A stretch of 64,000 bases of DNA from Pecten maximus (Eukaryota): the NCBI RefSeq assembly GCF_902652985.1, contig NC_047022.1, positions 22,010,001 to 22,074,000 on the forward strand. Direction: 5' to 3'. A program made the position numbers and the translations under genes. Under the pieces are notes generated by a model. That model did no database searches. It was not told the origin of the DNA and was given only the letters and a program-made list of their open reading frames with translations. Positions 54,501 to 64,000 of the stretch are shown one piece after another. How positions within the stretch are numbered: the stretch's first letter is position 1; every line of letters begins with the position of its first letter.

Positions 54501-57500
54501 TCATGTGTCTCCAAATCATGATATTGAAGCTGATTTTATCAATGTGAATTTAACCATTATGTAGGAAATGTAAAATTTGCTATTTCAATTTTTATTGGTG
54601 CATTCTGCATTTATCTTTAGTTGCCATGGTTACCACTTTAGCATATGACCATTTTGATATCTCATATGCACTTTACTTGTTATATGTGTTCTAGTTTCTC
54701 AATACTTATCATAATTAGATACCAGTTCATGTACAGAGATAGGATGATTAACAAAAGGTCATAATAACTAGCATCTGGTATTACTAGAATACTAAAAACA
54801 GATTACCAGGTATATTGATAAAAACTACAATTATTGAAGGCTTGCATATCAAATGGTTATAACCATCTTTGTTCAACATTCTGTGTGTGTATGTCTTCTT
54901 GGTAGAGAAGTAGTCGACTTAATTCACAGACAATAGTCAAGTAGAAATACCCAAAAGGAACATGTGTTATTTATGAAATTTTCAGTTTGAATAATCTAGT
55001 TTGGCAGACAAACAAGTTGAAAATAATAGTTTACTTAAGATCAAACTTGTATGATTCAGCTTGGTAGCAATTGAAAAACAACACCAACACAAATATTAAG
55101 TTACATAATTTCAATCAATGACATAGAATAGTGGGAGAGGGTAACTATAGGGAAAAGGTGTCTAGATCTGCTGTCTCTGGTGGCAGGGGGTGGTATTTAT
55201 CTTCCAGTATTGTTGACACCACAAATATCCATCAAAATAAAGTCCTAAAGCTGATGTACCTGAAGTTTGAAATGGAAGAAAATCAATATCATAAGCATCC
55301 ATATATATACACTTATAAAATATTTCATTTGAAAGGCATTACAGAATTATTCAGAATAACATGGTAATATAATGTTCACTTCAACATTATAAATGAAACT
55401 TATACAGTCAATAATGAAGTATAGGAAGTGAGTTCACATATATGGATAGCAAAGCAGATAATTATGATCAATTCAAACAAAAACAAAATCCACAGAAGCT
55501 ATAAGATTATGAACATATTAATTGTACTGAATTCATAATTAAGATAAATCTATTAGCCAATGCTCTCATAAAATTTTGTAAGCCAGGCTTGCTAGTAAAA
55601 TTGAGACTGATCTAGACCTTATAAGTAAGGGGAATACCTAAAATACAAAATAAACTATATGCAAATGCCGTTGATTGCTTCTTTCACAGCAAAGAACTGT
55701 TTTGCATGGTCCTGTATAAAATCACATCTGTATTCCGGGATGTACCATTCTGAAAATTGTCCACTAGCCCAAGGTCTAGTAGCCTATTTTTTCCATAGCA
55801 CTGATCAGAATTCTACTATTCTCCCATATTTGTTGAAGAAAAAAATTAACTTCAGAAATTAATCATATGGAATATTACATAAGCCTTAAAAATGCCCATC
55901 CCACCACCAAGTCTGAGTTTCAAATACTCATAACAATGTTCTGAAAATTCAAATAAGCTGAAAGCACACTAATGAGTTTCTTCTTGCCCTATAGCCAGAT
56001 ATTAGACATTTTGATGGTCAGATCATTATATGTCTCATAAAGTACATCTCTCTATCAAAGTGTCTTATGTTTGGTGTTGAGGTCAGAGGAAACTTGGGTT
56101 ACTCTCCACCAAAGATATACACGTTATAACCCTGCTTCAGTGTCACCCTCCTCATTAATGATAATTTTGAAAACTAGTAATTACTTATTTTTTCTGTCAT
56201 GTGTGCATCCTTAGAGGATTATTCAAATCATTTTTTTTTTCAACAATGTTTCCAGCGAATACTTACTGGAACATGTGCGTCTGCATATATCTCTACAACT
56301 GTATAAATGTATGTCAGTCTATTTCATATAAAATAGTCTGACCCAACATACGATCCTTGAATTCGGACAAAAGCTAGGGTGTGGCACATGTAGATCCTGA
56401 ATCCATTTGTAGTAAGCACAGTAACACTATACAAACTGTATATACAACGTATAAGGGGTGGGGATATGTGCCCTAACATGATTACATATGTATGTCTCCA
56501 GCCTATACTAGCACATCATGAACCTTGTAGAATTCACAACCAGCTTAACTCAAGAACAGCTATATGGTATTTTCAGTAATCCTCTATCACCTCTATTAGC
56601 AACCATACAATGTGACATTTGTTTTCTTAATTATATACACCACTGTTGCAAAATTGAAACTCGATGCATATTTCTCGCTTTTCCATCTCCCATTTATTTC
56701 ATTATGTGAAATGCAGAAAAAAATGTATCCAATTCTAGTTGGTACATGTCCAGAAATTTGGCAAACACAAGAACTTTTTACTATTTGTACCTGAAGGATT
56801 ACATAACAAACGCATATACAAAGTCTAAATTAAATCCATAGAGATACATGTAAATATTGATAATTCTGATACAAAATAATCATATGAAAGTTAGTGTAAC
56901 ATTCCCCTCCCACCCCCAACAAACAAAAGCAAAGCGGTTATATTTCATTTGGACACAATATTATACAACTGTAGGCCTGTCTTGTAACGGAATAACTGGA
57001 ATGCAGATACTCATGTACATGTAAAATTTACATGTATGATAGTGCTGGTACATTTTGAATTAATGTGTTGATAGAGCTTCACTTTATGCACTTACCTTAC
57101 CTACAATTACATAAATACATGTATGTAGGCATATTTGACTGTTTTGTCTGTTTGTTGTCCATTTACACTGTACGTCCGCAGCTCTTCAAAATGCCCAGTC
57201 TCACTTTGCAGTTTGTTAGTTCAGCTGATAATGATCACTGCGTGTTGTTTAGGGTGGCGACTTGTATCGGTTATAGCCTATGCGCGGTCGGCGAAAATAA
57301 TCGGAACCAGGCACATCACCACATGTCTGTCCAACCGTTTAGAAACCGAAAGTGATCATCTAGGAGATACCCGATTACTATAAATTGCTTCTGCTGTCGT
57401 CGGCTTTTTCTTTTCTTTTTTGTTAGGTATCAACATATGTGCTATTACTTTATTTATCTTGCGACAAAAGTGATGTTTCCTGATGAAACCAAGACCATCT

Positions 57501-60500
57501 ATTGCATTATGAAAACGGCAGAAACAAAGAATTAAAGTTGACGATCGTATTCGCGCAGGTGCTTGTGTTATCGACTCGCTCTACTGCTGTGTTTCGTTAA
57601 ACTAATGCGGATTTGTGGAAACTTTGCATCATTTATTTGGTACGTTATGAATGATAGAATTGTGTATTTTGATCAGTTTTTTTCTAGGCTTCAATTGTAT
57701 ATATGATTTATTACCATTTTTATGCAATAAACATCAAAATTTTCGATTTGTGCTGCGTACGGTGTAGAACCATGCATCACATGTACTTTAACGACAAAAA
57801 ACATCTCTTTTTGGAGGATTTCTGTAAAATGGTGGAATATACATCAAATTGAGAGTATTAACTTCCAATGTTCTATGAATTACAGGCATTATTACTCTCT
57901 ATGTTTGAAGCAATGTGAGATACAAAATCGAATCCGCGCTTTGACAATTACGCCGACTGAAATACGACGTCAACAATTCAAAATAGTCGAAAAAAAATTC
58001 GGCATGATTTTTCAACTCATAAAATGCATCATAACAAATTGTCAAATGAAATTTTACAAAGAAAAAATGTTGTTGGATATTTTCTCCAGTTTTAATAGGT
58101 ATATTCAGTATCTCAATAGGTTAACAAATAAGGGAGATACGACCATTTCCCTTACACCGACGTGCTATTGGCGTAGTTTGGCGTATAGTTGGGAGTTAAG
58201 GGTTAACAGTAGTTAATGCACATCAACACACGCTAGGTGAGTTAGCATAATCGTCAACAAGTGGCCATACATTAAAAACGTTCTAGTGAGATCGACGTAT
58301 ATGTAATGTAATAACTTATATAAACAGCCAGATATCACAGAAAACCACTGTCCTTTCAAAAAAACACAACAACAGTCCTGGGTGAAGCAAACTTTCTTCA
58401 AAGAGTATAATATGACAGAATGACAGATGAACGAATCAGTGGAAACGATTAGATGAAGGATATCATACAGTACATGCGTTGGTAAACTACATTTTCAGCT
58501 TCTCAGCTTCTGTGACTTTCATTGCCATGTCGCAAACAAATTATCTCTGAATTGTTATTTTGTCACTATAAAAAATCATTGCACTTTAATTGAACACTGA
58601 AATTGTGGAGAACCTCAAACAACAACGTCAAAACAATAAAACTAATTATAAAATAATACCTACAAGACATGCATGTACCTGCTCATATGCAAGTTTAATA
58701 TAAGATAGAATTACAGTGAAAATATACATGATAGTTCCCCTTCCAATCATGGATTAAGAAGAAATTCCCAAAGAAAAAAAAAAGATTTAAAAACATGCCA
58801 GACCGATAAATACTTATGAATATCGATATATTAGTAGGTCACCAAAGGTCACATGTAAAATACGTCATCAATACCAATCAATGCAGTATACGTTTCATTT
58901 GCACATTTTATAGCTGTATAAAGTTATTACAACGGCCAATATATACATGTAGATCACCAAAGGTTAAAGGTCGATTTCGTCATCAAAGTTGTATGCATTT
59001 CCTTTTATTTTCTTTTGCACATATTATAACTAAGAAAGGTATATCAAAGGTACATATATAGGTCACCAAAGGTCACAGGTCGAATCGATCATCAATGCTA
59101 ATCCCATTCTGATCTATCATAGTTACTTCCCTTGGATCTACTATCAGTTCTTATGGTGTACCTTGTTTTTTTTGTTTTTGTTTTGTTTCTGGACCAAGGC
59201 TAGGTCACCTGACCCATCTCAGACAATCGGTACTTTACGCTACACGATTTGTCGCGAAAAAACACCTTAGTTTCAAAATATTATCGTAAACGTTCTAACC
59301 AATCACAGCAAGCCTTTTATACACTGCTCGGCTTCACAGATTTGACAAACTTTATAATCAGACAGATGTGAAGAGCTTGTAGGGTGAACTTAAATTGATC
59401 CGTTCCCAGGTTAGTTCAAACACAGTAAAAGAAATATTATAAAAACTGTCGAATTATACGACATTTTGTATTTTAAAATAAACGAGAGCTAAAAATGCGA
59501 ATCGACATCGAAACCTCGAGGAAGTAAATCTACCATACATGTATATTTAAACATCATTCGAAATCATACATTTTTTGTCATAGATGGATTTAGAATTTTA
59601 TACAGAGTGAAATGAGGTATACTTTAAAACAAGGTCAAATCTTGGTTGATTATGATTTTTTATGCCATGGCGACCAGTGAGTATCAGTACAGCAATTTCC
59701 TGTTATCGATTAATTATAGGATATAATATCTGTCAGCGGAAGTATTTAATCTGTATGTGGAGCTGTGAGTCCAAGGAGTCGTCATCTGAATGGATTATCA
59801 TCAACCTCAGTTGAATTTAGTTTCAATTTCAAAATATTTTATTGTCAACACAACAAGTATTTACATTGAATATCATGAATATCATAAAGAATTGGTGTTG
59901 GAAAAAGGGATTGGACAACAGGCTCAGCCTATATTAGTCCTTTCCTATAGATTTCCAGTTTAGTGAACATGTAGTAGGAAAAGTTAATAATTGATATATA
60001 TAAACAAGGAAAGCACATTCTCACTCGTTGAATTTAGTGTTGTTCCTCGTATTAGTGAGGGTGGAATATTACAAATAACAAATAATCAGTATCGATACCA
60101 GACACCAAACAATTATTCCTGGCGAATTTACCTCTAATCTAAACAATAAAAACAATGCCTTTATATAGAATGTTACATGCCTTTTTAGCGACATTTGAAT
60201 TTCTGCTAAGATAAAACGAATATGGTTTTTACATTCCGTTGTATCTAGTTCCGATTATGTTTGCTATTTGAATATCATCTGCTCAACAATAAAGCAAGAT
60301 CGGTTAATCTGTCCGTTGAAGTTTGATTTTGTAACAGTCCACTTGTCCACCATGTAAGCATGACAGAAATAAGGTCTAATTATAATACTGTATACTATCA
60401 ACGCTTTACGGGATAACAACCTTCTGTTGTGGCTTATATTAGATTAATTTTACAAAATGCTTAGAATATTTTATTGTATATCCCGTGGGGTACATCCTGG

Positions 60501-60929
60501 TGTAGATAATACAAGAACGCAGTAAATTAAAACTATCAATTTCTTTCCAAAATGTCGACTTCAGTTAGGAATACTTACATATACCATTATTCCTATATCA
60601 GTTTACCGACTCTTTTCTTCTTACAGTTTGCCAGTTGCAAGCTATGTAATAGTAGATGTATTATGAAATAAACTCGTTCGGACAATGTACACAAATAGTA
60701 CAAAATCATTAATGTCCTCGAATTTGGTCATTAATCATGGAAGTGTGGTCACATCTTCTTTACGATCAATGTTTACAAATGTGTATCAAATGATTTCTAT
60801 TTTATGTATCAATTAATCTATAACTCATGCCACGTAAGAAGTTCTAACAAATAACTGTATCACTCACTCTACTAAATGTGTAATAATTAATTAACCGAAT
60901 CAGACGCTCCTCGATCGGAAAAATTGAGA

Positions 60930-62563
60930 ATGTCCAAATTAAGTTACATCTCAACTCCCAACTCGAATCAACAACAGTACAAGTCCATCGTAGATGTTCT
61001 CAAAGAGAGAACTAAGTCTACTCCAGATAAAGAAATATGCATACACAGGTTACCTGAAGGGGGAAGGAAAACTCTTACTTATGACGAACTGACGCGGAAA
61101 TCTACAAAACTTGCAAAGTATCTGGTATCTAAAGGGATATCAGTCGGAGACAGCGTTGCTATTATGGGATAAAATACTCTGGAATGGATCGTTGGTGAGT
61201 TCGCCATTTTTATGGCTGGTGCCGTGGCTGTCCAGTGTCAGAGAAACTGTGCAGAATTCAAGGAAACTTTGAGTCTATTTAAAGCTTCCAAATGCAGAGC
61301 TGTTCTGCTCGATCCACAGCCTGATCCTGTTTACCAGTCGGAGATGGAGCATTTCTTTCAGGAATAGGAAACTCAAATCCAGGGTAGAGAAAATCCGATG
61401 GTTGTACTACTTGGAAAGCCTGCTGGTGTTGATTTACCTTACATTGATGATATACACTCCTCAGAGGAAGAACTTTCCGTGATATTGTCTAGAATTCAAC
61501 CGGAAAGTTCAGCTATAATTTTTGCAACCTCTGGATCGTCTGGTGCTCCAAAAATGGTTGAATTTACGCATATGGCAATACCAATTCGCCAATGTCAATT
61601 TTGTTCTCTACAGAGAATGATATCGTTTTCTCTGATAGACCATTCTCTTGGTTAGGGGGAACTCCAATCTACAGCATTGTAGGAGGTCGTACTCGAATTT
61701 TCACAGATCCAAAAATTGTTCTGCAAGAAGAGAAAATTCAAAATGTTTGGGAAATCCTGAGGTCAGAAGGGTGTACCATTGAAAGTCTTTTCCCGTATGC
61801 ACTATAATATCTTCTTGACAATGAAGAAGAAATCCTGATGATGGAATACAAACCTATTTCGATTGCCACTGGTGGCCAAATACCTGGAAGTCACCTGAGT
61901 GCAATTCCTGGAAAATTTTGCGAAAACTTATTCAGTGTTTATGGAACAACAGAAGTAGGCCTGGCAGCAAAGGTGTTCCTCACGGCCGAAACAGAAGTTG
62001 GATACGTTGGAGAATGGATCCCTGGATATGAAGCCAAAATTATTGGAGCTGACGACAATACTTTGGGCTGTGGTGAAATTGGTGAAGTTGTGTTACGATC
62101 TCCGTGGATGTTGAAAGGATATAGGGACTCTCCAGAATTAACCAAGGATTCCTTCACTGAAGGAGGTTGGTTCCGCACTGGTGATATTGGAGTACTCACT
62201 GAAGACGGAAAGTTGTTTGTTAAAGAAAAGGCAGCAGATGTTATAAAAAGAGGAACAAGAAAGATTCTGTACAGCGCTGTGGAGATGGCAATTAGTAATT
62301 TCCCCGGGATAAAAGAGACTGTCGTGGTAGCAGTACCGGATGTACGTCTTCTGGAAGATGTCTGCTCATGTGTCATCCTAGAAGAAGATGCCAATAATTC
62401 AGAACAGAAGTTACAAACAATGTGCTGGGATAAACTTGGGGATAATATTATGGGGGATTCTCCAACGTTTTATCTGATGTTTAAAACCTTCCCCCGTTTG
62501 CACAATGGCAAAATAGATAGAGTAAATATCAAGAAAGAATCCATGGGAATGTTAAAACTTTGA
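60930..62563 (+). pseudogene. Acyl-CoA synthetase copy 3, pseudogene
   Basis: Colinear with copies 1 and 2 but has in-frame TAA at 61170-61172 (TCA in paralogues), a frameshift at ~61580 and TAA at 61805-61807 (AAA in paralogues). Confidence 0.88.
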
Positions 62564-62572
62564 AACGTTTGA

Positions 62573-63575
62573 TGAACTGTGAATCAGATTTGCAGAATTA
62601 TGACTTTCGCTGTTGAGGTCTGCCCGTGAATCTTAAGTTCTTTATTTTTGCATGATCTGCCGTTGGTATCCAGACGCAGGCTGTAGATGAAAAGGGAGAT
62701 AACTTCAATAATTATCCCAAATTGACAGATGCTTAATCATTCATGAATTCCAAAGCCATAAAGTCGCTTTGTATAACCTTGCGTTTGAAGGTATGTCCGC
62801 TAATTTAAGATAATTTTATTCAGTCATTGAAGTGTTTTAACTCAGCAGATATACCTTCGATATTCTACATCAGCTATATCATAACGCTAAATGTTTGCTA
62901 TCAAAATATCTATCCTGTTTAAAAGTCTGTTAGAATAGCGGTATAATTTTTTCTTTCTCCCACATTTTACAGCATAATCTGCGACATTATAAAATGTGCA
63001 ATTAAGTAATTTCTAAAACGACTGGTTTAAACAACAAAGTATATCAGTATAAATCGCACAAATAATAAATATACCTACATGTATATGTGAAAATAAGATA
63101 AATGTGTCAATTCTATTGTCTTCTATTACTTAAAATCTTAACATATATCTTTTCGTTTTAATTACTAACGGGTTCTACATTATGTGGTATGATGGCAAAT
63201 GGTAACAGACTTGCCTTTCACCTAGGTTCGATTCCCCGATCAGACGTAAAAATATATGGGACCACGTGGGTAGTTTATTTTCTCTCCTATACTATATACT
63301 GCCATCTAACAAGTTTATACGACTCGTATCGCAATTGTTGTAAAATAGGTAGATTTTACATTCGAAGCTTCGGCTTTGTCCTCATTAATTTTGCATTTTT
63401 TCCTGAATCAGTTGACGATATTGCTTAACAGAATATAATGAAAACGTTTTATTAGGTATTTTTTTTAAACATCTCCTTTGAAGACAAAGCATACTTAGTA
63501 ACAATAACGCAAATAAAGAAATATACAAAATACACAAATATGTGTAGACAAGATAAGTTCTGTAAGTTTCCATAT
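62573..63575 (+). repeat. Duplicated 3' flank of ACS (near-identical to 29584-30479 joined to 45216-45305); includes a tRNA-SINE remnant (~63185-63280, also ~30180-30270)
   Basis: Direct alignment by eye; GTTCGATTC B box in both copies. Confidence 0.9.
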
Positions 63576-63576
63576 A

Positions 63577-64000
63577 CTGTGTCTCTGTGTCTCTGTGCCT
63601 CTGTCTCTGTGTCTCTATGTGTCTCTGTCTCTGTGTGTCTCTGTGTCTCTGTCTCTGTGTGTCTCTGTGCCTCTGTCTCTGTGTCTCTATGTGTCTCTAT
63701 CTCTGTGTGTCTCTGTCTCTCTGTGTGTCTCAGTCTCTGTGTGTCTCTGTGCCTCTGTCTCTGTGTCTCTATGTGTCTCCGTCTCTGTCTCTGTGTCTCT
63801 GTGTCTCTGTCTCTATGAGACTGTGTCTGTCTTTGTATGTCTCTGTCTCTGTGTCCATGTCTCTGTGTCAATGTGTCTCTGTCTCTGTGTCTCTGTCTCT
63901 GTGACTCTGTCTCTGTGTCCATATGTCTCTGTCTCTGTGACTCTGTCTCTGTCTGTCTCTGTCTCTGTGTCTGTCTGTCTCTGTGTATATCTGTCTGTTT
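63577..64000. repeat. (TGTCTC)n microsatellite, paralogue of 45308-46518
   Basis: Same position relative to the duplicated flank. Confidence 0.95.

Noticed and set aside
54500-57600. Possible decayed minus-strand coding/transposon sequence
   Set aside because: Only short fragments with many stops; no recognisable motif or termini.
28663-62394. Recurrent antisense ORFs (28663, 28950, 50762, 51022, 61939)
   Set aside because: Shadows of the ACS coding strand, conserved only because the paralogues are near-identical.

Overview
AT-rich eukaryotic genomic DNA. The repeat and gene content suggests a mollusc, probably a bivalve; this is inferred from the sequence only. Left third: two tandem minus-strand multi-exon genes for secreted CBM4/9-type + GH10 (endo-1,4-beta-xylanase-like) enzymes with conserved exon structure. 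Copy A (12363..<1) reads intact and needs one GC-AG intron. Copy B (26112..14265) has a 1-nt frameshift and an altered substrate-binding motif. Head-to-head with them is a + strand array of three acyl-CoA synthetase (ANL/AMP-binding) paralogues with uninterrupted CDSs; they are mosaic and each is damaged. Between ACS copies 1 and 2 lies a 14.7-kb nested insertion (30480-45208, TSD TGAAGAC), confirmed by the empty paralogous site at 63479-63485. It comprises a CR1-like LINE with a 2A/StopGo motif, split by an unidentified element carrying a degenerate RPA70-like OB/Zn-ribbon gene. That gene is itself interrupted by an apparently intact PIF/Harbinger transposon containing a small foldback element. 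Other content: a lone LTR plus tRNA-Leu PBS inside a Helentron-type 155-bp repeat element, a TTAA Kolobok-like element, TA-MITEs, several tRNA-SINE families, two 26-bp minisatellites, (TGTCTC)n microsatellites and two N gaps. All calls come from manual reading; no database searches were run.
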